DNA of 64,000 nt, from the NCBI GenBank assembly GCA_051294905.1, contig CM119383.1, positions 2,232,001 through 2,296,000 of the forward strand. The letters are read 5' to 3'. The translations under genes were made by a program, and so were the position numbers. The first letter of the stretch is position 1. The number at the start of each line of letters is the position of its first letter. The notes below the pieces were generated by a model. It worked only from the letters and a program-made list of their open reading frames with translations. It was not told the DNA's origin and did no database searches. The stretch is from Botryllus schlosseri (taxonomy: Eukaryota). This document shows positions 12,568 to 23,262 of this stretch, in pieces.

Positions 12568-13847
12568 TAGAGCCCGACCGATTATCGGCTCGCCGATAAT
12601 ATCGAGTCGATATCACGCTTGGAGAGAAATATCGGTATCGGCCATTGAAGGTAAAAAAATATCGGTCATTTTCGTGACGTCACAACATGGTGGCAGGGAG
12701 ACGGAGAAGTCGATAGAAGACGTGAGGACAGTAAATTATAAAAATGAATGGCCAAGCTGCATATAGTGCATACTGCATACAGGGCAGTAGGCATGCCTAT
12801 CTGAAAAATATTGTAGATAACTGATCACCGTTATGCCCCACTGACTTCGTGGGAATCCCCCTGCAATAATCGATCACCAAAGACAGAGATCAGCTGGATG
12901 GATAGTTGTCTCAATTGTCTGCAGAAGATTTCAATCAGTAAGAGAAATGACAACTTCAATCATGCTGGACTGACCCTCGTGATGACAGGGAAAAGCGTCG
13001 CGCCGAAACATTTCTCTGAAGATAGTGCTATTGGTTCGGTACCAACAGAGCTAATCATACTGTGTATGAAGTCGCCTGATTGAGGCCGGCGGGGCCACCA
13101 TGATAGGAAATATGCGAGCATAGAGGGCAAGAAAATCAAGCAAAGGTGGAGTGAAGCCAATAATAGATACGAAAATTTTTGATTCCATGATGACATTGGC
13201 CAATTCTGACAAAAGAGAGTAAAATATTGATCAATTGATTGTTGAAATGCTGGTCATGGTCAAGGCCCAAGGATGATGGGTGGAGCAGTTGCAGACATGG
13301 ACAATTTGAGTTGTTTTCAACATTCTCTTCAGCTATTTGTTAATGATGTGCTGAAGGCTCCAGGTGCACTGCCAGAAGAATATCAATATTCCGTGAAACC
13401 ATTGAATTGAAGGAAAGATCCCCTGCAAGGGAGCGGTGGAACCGAAATGAAGAAAGATTTCCAATTCTTGTTGTGCCACTAGCTATGGTACCAAGTGAAA
13501 GACTACTCACTGTGTTTAGTACTATATACATCATTTATGAAAGACCACCACAGAAGTTCACTCCTTGGAGAAAGAGCCGAGAAATTGTGCTTCGTGAACT
13601 GTAATCTGCAACTGCTGGATTGGTGCTTTTGATAAATTTTTATAGCCCCTAGATCATTTATTTCACGTTCAAACATATCAATGGCTGTAAAATTGTTGAA
13701 ATAAATGCTCTGAGGTGTTAAATATGGGCCTTGAGCTAGATTCCATATATTTTGAATATCGGCTGAATATATCGAGGTTATCGGTGGAGGTACTGGATAT
13801 CGGCCTTATCGGTATCGGCTCAGAAATCCAATATCGGTCGGGCTCTA
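12568..13847 (+). mobile_element. Non-autonomous hAT element with decayed transposase C-terminal dimerisation-domain remnant
   Basis: TIR tagagcccgaccgat/atcggtcgggctcta, perfect TSD gtcataat; ~13410-13600 reads KDPL..W.RNEERFPIL...VPSERL, the hATC motif (WW...E..FP.L...VPSER.FS). Confidence 0.88.
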
Positions 13848-14398
13848 GTCATAATATCGTACTGTTATTGCTGACGATTGCCCCTGACAATGTCAGCCGA
13901 AAAAAACGCGTTTATTTCAATGTGAATATACTATGCAGTTGTATTTTCGAATGCCATACATTTTCTTTCAAATTAGATTAGGATTAAAATTATAGCTAAA
14001 CCAATTTAGATTAGAACTCGAATTAAAGCCACACATTTTTTACCTAATTAGGATGGAATGAGAATTCTATCTTCAGTTTTTTTCTAATTAGATTAGAATT
14101 ACTGAATTTGTGAAACTTGTAAATTGAATCAGTACAGTTCGTATTAAATCAGTTTTGTAGTATTTTCAGAAAGAAAGAACAACAGAAATTAATTCAAAAT
14201 TAGAGCATAGAAAAATTTTACAAAATAGATTAAAATTCAAGTTTGAGAGTAAAAACATTTCAAATATTAGATTGGAATTACTGACATTTCACTTTAACTT
14301 GTATTAAATAGACAACCAGATCAAATTATCCAATTCTGGGTTTGACGAAAATTTCTGGCTGTCGAAACGAAACCGCGATCTTTCTTCCTGCTTTGCAG

Positions 14399-14553
14399 AT
14401 TTCGTTCAACTTTTTGGAAGGCCTCAGCTTAAAAAACAATCAGAAAACGATGAAGAAAGATCACATCAAAGCCCAACAGATCAACCCGCAGGCGACGCAG
14501 TTTTTAGACGTGACCGACATTCACGCTGCTAAACTGATTAAACTCTGGAACAG
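14399..14553 (+). CDS. TPR-repeat protein exon 5
   Basis: ctttgcag| (phase 0) ... AG|gtgggt (phase 2); KKDHIKAQQINPQATQF; phase-compatible on both sides. Confidence 0.75.
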
Positions 14554-14652
14554 GTGGGTTGGGGTTAGCACCAGGGTCGTGTATACCCTTAATCCTTAAT
14601 CCGACTTGAGCAATGTGACTAGCAGCTGGATTACACACAGGATGTTTAAATA

Positions 14653-15000
14653 CAGTCGAATCTGCTTAATTCAAACACCGGATAACCCGGATAACCGCTT
14701 TATTCGTCCAAGATCTTCGGGAACGAACAAAAGTACAAACTGCACGTAAAAAAACTCCGGTTAATTCGGACAAAGACATCATCGTAGACACAATAAACAA
14801 TGCTTCGTTCACCTCAACACAAGATAAGTGAATATGGTTAAACAATGGGCGATACATGCAGTAACAATCGACGATGTAGTCATACAAGGTCGTTTTTAAT
14901 TGGGTACAATTGCGTGCATCTTGTAGAACAGATTGACACAAAAAAGTATAGCAGAAAAAGTGAAATTGTTCACCAAAATAAACGAAGAACAATGCAAAGA
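14653..15000 (+). mobile_element. Possible pogo/Tigger-like 5' end
   Basis: TA|CAGTCGAATCTGCTTAATTC resembles pogo-type TIRs; no matching right end found. Confidence 0.35.
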
Positions 15001-15724
15001 CGCTCCCTTGACAGTTCGGCAGTTAGTTACGTTGGTGGGGATATTAAATACTACATCTGAACCCTATGCGTGCGTAACACAGTAATACAATATTTGTTGA
15101 ATGGTTTGGTATCAAAGATACTGTATAAATACAGCTAACTTGAAGTTATAACTAATGTACGTTTGATGCGATTTAGCTCGCCTATACCGCCACTTTCCAC
15201 TTCATTTTCATAGCTTGTCCTTTTTATGTTATCACGTGTTACTTTTCATTCAGTGTGCATGCCTCTTCTTTACATCGCCTAGGCCTAGGTGAGTGTATGA
15301 TTTCGAAGACTACTCCAAGTCGTTTCGTCACTTTCCTATCTTTCAATATATAATTATCAATCGGATCACAAAATATGACGTCACCGGTATGAAATTTCGA
15401 TTAATCGAAGCGACGAGATGGATGATGCTCAATGTGCTAGTACATGAAGCTCAGTACCTCCACGGAACTTTTCAAAATTAGTCTTCATGCGACTAAAACT
15501 TCACTCATCAGTCGTAATTGTAACGCCACAACAGTACGTATATCTATACTCGTATCCACAAGCTAAGGTTAGCGTCTCGTGCTATAGGAACAACTTTATA
15601 GCAACTATTATGGGGTATGGGCTATGCATATAAGGAGAATGTCCGAGAGCAGTCTGTTACACATTGTATTGTACATACTTGACTATCAAGAGATACTGCA
15701 TCTGATTACAAGATGTTTTTAAAG

Positions 15725-15834
15725 GTTCTTGTGGTCGCTCAACGTCCCGCGAAACATCGTACACCCGGAATTGATGGAGTGTTTCAACTCGGCAAGAATT
15801 CAGCAATCCACAGCCCATAGCAATAAGAGGACTC
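15725..15834 (+). CDS. TPR-repeat protein exon 6
   Basis: tttttaaag| (phase 2) ... C|gtgagt (phase 1); the join reads LWNR-FLWSLNVPRNIVHPELME. Confidence 0.7.
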
Positions 15835-16267
15835 GTGAGTATATACTTGCTTGCCTAGATTCTCTCCTATATCCCCGATCAGTTCGGAAATTATGGACAA
15901 AGATATAGTCTCAGGTAATGATATGCTCCAGTATAGAAGCAGTGCAGCGAAATGATGCTCAGTTCCGATGACAAACATTATGCCTATCTGCCGAGGCACG
16001 ATAAAACTACCATAAATGGTGTGTGCTGGATATGAAATATTCATGCCAGTGAAGTTAAAAATCATACAGTAGCCCACTAGAGTTTAATAAATTACAAAAT
16101 GCACTGACAAACCTAAAAAGTATGCCAGAGACAATTATAATTTAGATTAAATAATTAGGAGATAATTTAATTGTGAAAGTATTTTCCGTCATCCTGATAT
16201 ATAGGCGCATATAGGAGATTTTTGGGCGATTGTGACAATTGCAGTCATTTGATAGTTCCAGTTCTAG

Positions 16268-16343
16268 TTGATAATATTTGGGAAAAAACTGTTGCAGAAT
16301 ACTGTTCAATTGAGCCTCAAAAACTGTTTCGGTACCGGGACAA
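16268..16343 (+). CDS. TPR-repeat protein exon 7
   Basis: gttctag| (phase 1) ... AA|gtgatt (phase 2); LDNIWEKTVAEYCSIEPQKLFRYRDK bridges the phases of exons 6 and 8. Confidence 0.6.
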
Positions 16344-16525
16344 GTGATTTAAAACATATCTTAAATCAGTCGCGCAAAGACTTATTTTTCTTCACTTCAG
16401 TTATCAAATATAGAATTGTTATCGGCGAAGTTCTATTGCCACCGTCAGCGTGTGACAGGAGTTCCAGTTGATCATGATCAGTCTCTTTCAATTGACAAAA
16501 CTTAACAGTATTATTTACACTGCAG

Positions 16526-16776
16526 GGATTTATATGATGGTGTTGATTTAACAAGTCTGTACACAATTGCAGGGATCATTCGACCGAAATCCACCCCAAC
16601 TATCCAAATCAACGGCGCATCGCAAGAGGAGCCAGTGATCCCATTTCACGACACTGACGACTTAGACAAGAAACCATTTCGATGCGGCACACCCACAGTG
16701 CACAGAGACTCGCTTTACACCAAAAGGGCCAAGTCTTACGGGGACGCGGTTCGGACTTACAAGATTGTATTACAAG
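16526..16776 (+). CDS. TPR-repeat protein exon 8
   Basis: tttacactgcag| (phase 2) ... G|gtaaca (phase 1); open frame DLYDGVDLTSLYTIAGIIRPK...DAVRTYKIVLQ. Confidence 0.7.
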
Positions 16777-17187
16777 GTAACATACATAGGTACAGGACGT
16801 CGTATATTATTGCCCTTGGTGTTTGCGAGGCATATAAACCGACTCATGATATTCATACACACGATCTGTGCATATGCATACTATGAGTGCATGATGTGCA
16901 TATGCCACTGGACAAGGAAGGTGCAGACATAGCCTTGTAAGGCTTTAGAAGTCCAAGTACCCAGCGCTGTTACTCGTGTAGAACCAAAAGTGGACGTAAC
17001 CTCATAAATTTCTACTCGAATACATGTAGAAGTAGTGATTCGCCAAACACGTCAAAACTAGTTCAAATGAAAGTAAAAAATGAAGGTTTGAATAGAACAC
17101 AAGTAAGTAGTTTAAAAAAGCAGCTTCTGGGGAGACGTGGCGTAGATTTAGCAGTTATTCGAACGTAGTTATTTTTTTAACTCGCAG

Positions 17188-17346
17188 ACTTCATCTTCAT
17201 GACAGAAACCAAAAATATGTTCAAACTCTCAAACATATATTCAGTATCCCAGAACACAGGACAATTTAGCCCAGTCCCCATGCCAATTTCACTCAAAAAG
17301 GTGATGAATACCTATCCCAAAAATTGTTTGTACTTTAGAAAATTGG
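17188..17346 (+). CDS. TPR-repeat protein exon 9 (3' boundary uncertain)
   Basis: ttaactcgcag| (phase 1); donor G|gtatat at 17346/17347 gives the phase 1 needed for exon 10; other donors exist nearby. Confidence 0.55.
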
Positions 17347-17504
17347 GTATATTTTCCTTGACACTGATCCAGGTAGAAGTGAAAGTGGCGTATGACAATA
17401 TACCCGTTTGAGTAAGTCTAGTGCTCTGAATACTCCAAGGTAGTTCGTTTCGGACCATCTCTGATATACGGGAATGTTGCGTGAGATTGACTTGATCTTT
17501 ACAG

Positions 17505-17619
17505 CATCGAAAACGCAAGAAATGTCGCCAACGATATCAAGGCCGCCAACAGCAATGTCTACTGCCTCCGACAGATCCACGCCTGGAAATTATGCACCCG
17601 CCAGACAGTTTGGACAAAG
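17505..17619 (+). CDS. TPR-repeat protein exon 10 (S/T/P-rich)
   Basis: tctttacag| (phase 1) ... AG|gtttgg (phase 2); ASKTQEMSPTISRPPTAMSTAS. Confidence 0.7.
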
Positions 17620-17939
17620 GTTTGGGCTTCTACACTGATTCGTATTTTGGTCAAATAAGGGGAAGCAAGGGAGAAACCTTGACTTCCTACATTCAACGAT
17701 GTGCAATTGACCATCCTATCGTAATTGCCTTTGAAAACTGAATGACGATAAGCTTGTAATCTGACTGTATTCACTGCTATCACCAGCCGTTGAAGATCTA
17801 GTTATGTGTCCTTGGTCACATGTGTGTTTGTCATGTGAACTTCAAAATTTTTCTGTGTCAAATTTTACTGGCTATTTTACCGGCTATCCGACAGTCGACG
17901 AGCATATCCACATTCGAGTCCAAATACAAGAAATTTCTA

Positions 17940-18180
17940 CTAAATGAATACTAGTCGGTCCTCAAGATTACCGGACCACGACCTGACCTCGCCTTCCGTG
18001 ACATGCCACCTCATTTTTGTCGCTTGCTTTTCTATATTATCTTCTTTTACTTTTCATGCAGTGTGCATGCCTCCTCTTCACATCGCCTATGGCCAAGGCC
18101 AATGTGGATGGGTGTCTGATTTAAAAGACCACTCCAAATCGTTTCGACACCTTACTATCTTTTCATTGTATCACAATTAT
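17940..18180 (+). repeat. Dispersed repeat, probable LINE/SINE 3' end
   Basis: Similar to ~15130-15345 and, inverted, to ~52960-53075 and ~49050-49110 (shared agtcgtttcg...cctatctttca motif). Confidence 0.55.
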
Positions 18181-18231
18181 TGGGATGTACTGAACCGATA
18201 AAAATTGCTTATAAACCGAACAACAAATCAT

Positions 18232-18758
18232 TTGATAAAATTGTTAGGTTGGTTAAAAACGCTGCATATCAAATTTGACTTAATTCCAACCTGAAGAATC
18301 TAAGCTATTGTTGAAAATTATGAATCTATTGAAAAATGAAACGTCTCAAATTTACTGGTTAGGTCATGAAATTCTCAAGATGTCTGCAAAAACGGCGCCT
18401 AAAAAATCTGGTTCAATTCCAACAAGCAGAAGCGAAGTTATTTTCGTATAAAATTTTGGATTTAAAACACTGTTGGTGGGCCCCAAAACTCATAATTCAA
18501 TAATTTCCCGAAACCCGAAATTTTGTACTGTAATATCTTCGCTTCTACGGGTTGTAATTGATACTAATCTCTTGTGAATCTTTGTGTGAGACAACTTGAC
18601 AATTTTATGGCGTGGCCAGTGAAATTTCAAAAACGAATTCATTTTCTTTATTATATAAATTAATAATTTATTACTCTATTAGCTTCACTTTTACAGGTTC
18701 GAATTAAGCCAGATTTGGTTTGCAGCGTTTTCTTTTATCCAACCTAACAATTTTACCG
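18232..18758. mobile_element. MITE with ~60-bp imperfect TIRs
   Basis: taaaattgttaggttgg...gctgca...ttaattc.aacctg at the left is reverse-complemented at ~18695-18757. Confidence 0.6.
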
Positions 18759-18885
18759 AATAGCCAGTATATTTTGAAGAAAAAAGCTATTTTTAAGCAA
18801 CCCTATTCCGCAGTCCAGTCTGGGAACATCATGAAAGCAAGTATCTCGATCTTTATGTGATATTGCATCCACTTTGCTCCCGCAG

Positions 18886-19174
18886 AACACCCTCCGCGGT
18901 CTCGTCGAAAAGACTGAGCGTATCATTCTCAAAACCACTGCTAACAATACCAACCCGCAGAGCTGGAACCGTATCAGCCCCGCCCACGCTAGTACAACCA
19001 GCATCGCGAAGATCATCGTTGACAGTTCCTACCCCCAAGCCAAGGCCCCCGTCCGCTATGACATTGCAGCAGCGAAATTTCGCAAGGGCCGCGTCTATGA
19101 AAAGCGCGCGAGATGTTGTGAGTCAGAGGAGACGTTCGGCGTCTGAATACGCGCGGAAAGTTCACGGAATGAGG
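18886..19174 (+). CDS. TPR-repeat protein exon 11 (basic S/P/R-rich)
   Basis: ctcccgcag| (phase 2) ... AGG|gtatga (phase 0); GC-rich open frame containing RPPSAM. Confidence 0.75.
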
Positions 19175-19897
19175 GTATGAACCATACTTGGTCACCTGAA
19201 TAATTCTACTTGGACTAATTAGAGCGAAATGCCGATATTCTAATTCTAATCTAATTTCTAAAATGTTTGCCCCAATTCTAATTCAAATCTAATTTGTGCT
19301 ATGCTCTAATTCTAATTTTATTCCCATTTTTGGCTTTCCTGAGTATGCTACAGGATAGCTGTATAGTGCTAAACGGGCCAAGCTCGCTGTACGTACATTC
19401 GCTATCTTCGTGCTTATGAAAATGAGCTCTGCAATTTGATATGAACTGAACAAGTTTTTACGAATTCAGTCATTCTAATTCTAATCTAATTTCGAAAAAG
19501 CTGTGTAACTCTACCTCTTTTTCTAATTTGGAAAAAAGATGTGTCGCTTTAATTCTAATTCTAGAGTAATTCGAAAGAGCTGTAGCTAAAATTATAATGC
19601 TAATCTAATTAGGAAATGCTGAAAATTCTCTTGTTGTTCAACTTGGTATGGATATGGCAAAGTATCTGTTTAATTTTGTATAAAAGTTTGTCATATTATA
19701 GGTTGCGTCCAGTACTACATTCATTGTAGTATAATCTATCAACTCGAAGACTTTTTGTGCGACCCCCGCACCGATAATACTTGATAAGGGACACAGGAAA
19801 AGTTTTTGAGTCAATACATCATTCTACCTAATGAATGCAGTCCTGATAGCAATATTCAAAGTTTATATACCGCCAGTCACATATTCGCATTTTGCAG

Positions 19898-19999
19898 GTA
19901 TTCGAACCGATCAACGTTACAGACGCACCGAGAATGTACTACAAGCCTTGGTCAGGCGACAAGCTGCCGGTAGGAAAGATCTCGCGCGTAATGGAGTGA
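19898..19999 (+). CDS. TPR-repeat protein terminal exon
   Basis: ttttgcag| (phase 0); VFEPINVTDAPRMYYKPWSGDKLPVGKISRVME*. The 12 exons sum to 1971 nt (656 aa plus stop). Confidence 0.7.
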   Translation, partial: VFEPINVTDAPRMYYKPWSGDKLPVGKISRVME

Positions 20000-20929
20000 A
20001 GACAGAATCAACTGTGCAATTATACTGACCGCTAGCTGCCGCTGATAACACGGAATTGTTTTCATAGTTTCATTCCTTCTACAACAGTGCTTCTTAACCT
20101 TTACTAATCTGGAGAACTGGTTTGTGTCTTAATCTCCGACGAACCAATGAGATTGACTCGGCGAACCCCTGAGGTTTGTTTGAATCCCGGTTGAAACCCA
20201 CCGGTCTAAATTCTGAACACTGTGTTATTGCCTTCTTTCTTGGAGATTATATTTTAATATATTGGCAGCTATCTTATTGTGTACTGGAATAGTGAAAAAG
20301 GTTCTATTTAGATCTACGTTGAATAGTGTTTTGAAAGCCGAATTAAAATCTGATTTTTGTGGCTTGAGAAAGGTCTCTATCGATCGCATGTCAGTGTAGC
20401 CATCAAGTTGCTAACCTGAGTGAGAGACATTGAACGAATGACGTGTAGGCTATGTATCATAAGGAGATATACGTGCATAGATATACAATTATACATGCAT
20501 AGTATCATCATCAAAAAATAGCTAGTAGGGGTTTCGCACATCATAGGTCAGAAGATGAGAAATTATTTAACTTGGGGACTTCAAAGATATGGGATTCATG
20601 TGACGAAATTAGATCGAAAACTCGTATCAGCCCGTCACTGGTGTCGCCGGTAACACGTACTATTGTCCAGGGCAGATTTTCTTTCTCACCGCTTATCTGC
20701 TTGAACTTGTTAGGCCTATACCCTGCACGCTTGAAGAAATGGATAATTCTAGTTGTCTAGACTAATTAGAGCAAGATGATGGTAATGTAATTTGTTAAAT
20801 CTTTTTATACTCTAATTTTATTCTAATCTAATTTCTGGGTTTCCTGAAAATGCTACAGCTTGCTCGGGCGTAGCAAGCAACAGCCTGTCGAAGACAAGCT
20901 AATTAGTGGTGCTTGTAACTCAAAGCTGG

Positions 20930-21080
20930 TAATTTGTGGTTTTGATGCGAACTGACCTTACCGGGTCAGCCTTACCAGGACATACTCCTGTGACACGGCC
21001 CAGAAGCCAGGCATTTCGATGAAAGTTATCGTCCATGATTAGGATAATATCATTGATTTCATGTAACATTTTCATCAACC
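20930..21080 (-). mobile_element. BEL/Pao LTR-retrotransposon pol C-terminal relic (DUF5641-like)
   Basis: INDIILIMDDNFHRNAWLLGRVTGVCPGKADPVRSVRIKT matches the BEL motif GD.VL..D...PR..W.LGRV....PG.DG.VR.V.VKT; second copy at ~53590-53725. Confidence 0.8.
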
Positions 21081-21089
21081 TGTTCGAGT

Positions 21090-21200
21090 AGTGGCGAGAT
21101 GGTGCAGTGGTATAGTCCGCGGCCACAACACCAATGGGCACGGGCTCGGGTCCCACCGAGGTCGAATTCAGAATTCCTATACTAAGAGTTGGGGTTAAAT
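21090..21200 (+). mobile_element. tRNA-derived SINE head (truncated)
   Basis: A box tggtgcagtgg (21100-21110) and degenerate B box ggctcgggtcc (21143-21153); homologous to 46655-46760. Confidence 0.7.
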
Positions 21201-21956
21201 AGCCTACGCATTGTAGAATGTATAATTGCAACAGCTAGCCGGATACTAAGAAAACGCTCGCGCCTACCCGTTTCTCTTGCTTATGTTGTCATTCACAGTG
21301 CAGTGCAATGTGCATCAGTGCAATGTGCAATGTGCATATTTATTAGGTAATTTACGTGTGTGTGCGGCGGGGGGCGGGATGGGGGTCACTGCCTCACCAG
21401 ACATGAACCTCACCGCACGTCACTGCTACGATACCGCCATCAAGGTTCCGTGGCTTCAACAGTGAAAATTAGTATTGAAATTGTAATTCTCGTTGATAAA
21501 TTAAGTTTCAATGGTGAGAAGCGTATAATTTCAGTACTCAAAAAAATCGTCTTTTACCACTCGACTCGAATCATTAGAATTAATACTCGCTTCAGTTTCG
21601 AGTACTCGAATCATTGTGCCCAGCCCTACTCGTAATATGAGTAGATCAGATAGTTAGCCTAGATTTAGGAATAAAGTTGATCAAAGAACATTATTTGTAC
21701 TGTGCTGCGTTCTATAAGTTTAGGCCATCACTCGTGAAATCGCATTCCATTGATTTATATATAAATTGAAAGTCTGAAGGAGAAGTTTGCAGCCCTTCTT
21801 CGGTCGCGGCCTATTATAGGGTTTGAAATGTTCTGTGCCCCACCTCGTAGAAACTATAAGCTCTGCTCAAAACAGGGCAGTCCATCCCCAAACAATTCCT
21901 AGCTTGATTTCGGCGAATGGGATATGAGTAGAAGTGGAGAAAGGAGTTCTATTATG

Positions 21957-23262
21957 CAGGGCCGTAACAGCACTTCTGGGGGGCTTCGCCCCCCAGAGCC
22001 CCCTTGTCTGCCCGCTCTTTGGGGCTACTTGTCATCAACATTGGGTGTCCGTTTAGTGTGCCTCCCATTCTCGCCTAGACGCGCGAAGCGCGAAAAATTT
22101 CAAGAATTCATGATTCAATCGGTCAGTATCATCGAGGATTGCATACATATTGCTATAAATTTTTATCATCTATCTGCTGGCGTATTCAGATTTACCGGTA
22201 GAGCTGAGTGAGATGTATTTAAAAAGGTAGGACCCCTCAATAATGATTAAACATCTTCGGGCGTATACCCGTTGGCAGGAACGAAACAGCACTTCGTCAG
22301 GTCCCAAAAAAACTTGGGTCTTGGGCTCCAATAGGGTGATAAACTGCCCCCAGTAACCGACCGACCCCCCTCCCATTCATCTTGCTGATCGCTTTTGCCA
22401 CGAAAGCAGCCGTACTGTTCAGTGAGCCAGCGCGAAGCGCTAAAATTTTCGATAATTAATGATAAAATCGGTCAATAAGATCGGGAATTGCATATATATT
22501 GCTATCAATTTCTTGTCCTCTCTGCTCCCTTTATCAGATTTACCGGTAGAGCTGAGTGAGGTGTCTTGGAAACTGTAGGGCCCGCAAATAATAATTAAAC
22601 ATCTTCGGCGGGCGGACCCGTTGGTATGACTTCGTTACATGATGTTATTTCGTGACCTCTTGTCTGCTATTTCAAAAAATATAGAATCGGGCAAACGTAC
22701 TAAACTAAAAGACGCACACGGTTTAAAATTGGTTTTTCTTCACTGGCGTATAATTTTCCCCGCGGGATGGAATTCGTCTTCTGAGGTTCAGATTGCCAAG
22801 ACAGGAACATTCGGCGCCAGTAATTTAGGCGCCTTGGCTATGGACAATTAAAGCAATACGTAATTTGTATATATAACGAAGTTTTCAGTCAGCGTAAGGG
22901 CAGTCCTTTTCGGCCAAGGTTTTTACGCTGCCGATCGTTCTGGCACACTTCTTGGAGTCGCATGTAATAGGCTATGTCCTAAATCGTTATATGTCTTGGT
23001 GTGTCGTGTCGCGGTATTGGCCAACGCCGATATGTCCATTTCTAAAAATCTTTCGTGTTCTTGTCTTGGGGGAAGAGTACCGAAAAATCATGATATTTGG
23101 CACCTTGAAATCGCGCATAGCGCGAAAAATTTTTTAAAAGTTTCATAAATTTTCAAAAAATACTCTATAATTTATGCTAATTCACGAAATAATTTTGGGC
23201 CCCCTTCGAGCTCGCCCCCTCCCCCCAATTGGGGGTTTTGGGGTGCGGCAGTTACGGTCCTG
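21957..23262 (+). mobile_element. hAT MITE family A (CAGGGCCGTAAC TIR)
   Basis: TIRs cagggccgtaac/gttacggtcctg; absent from the paralogous position in block C (~54120); other copies at 33416-34699 and 44205-46069. Confidence 0.85.
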
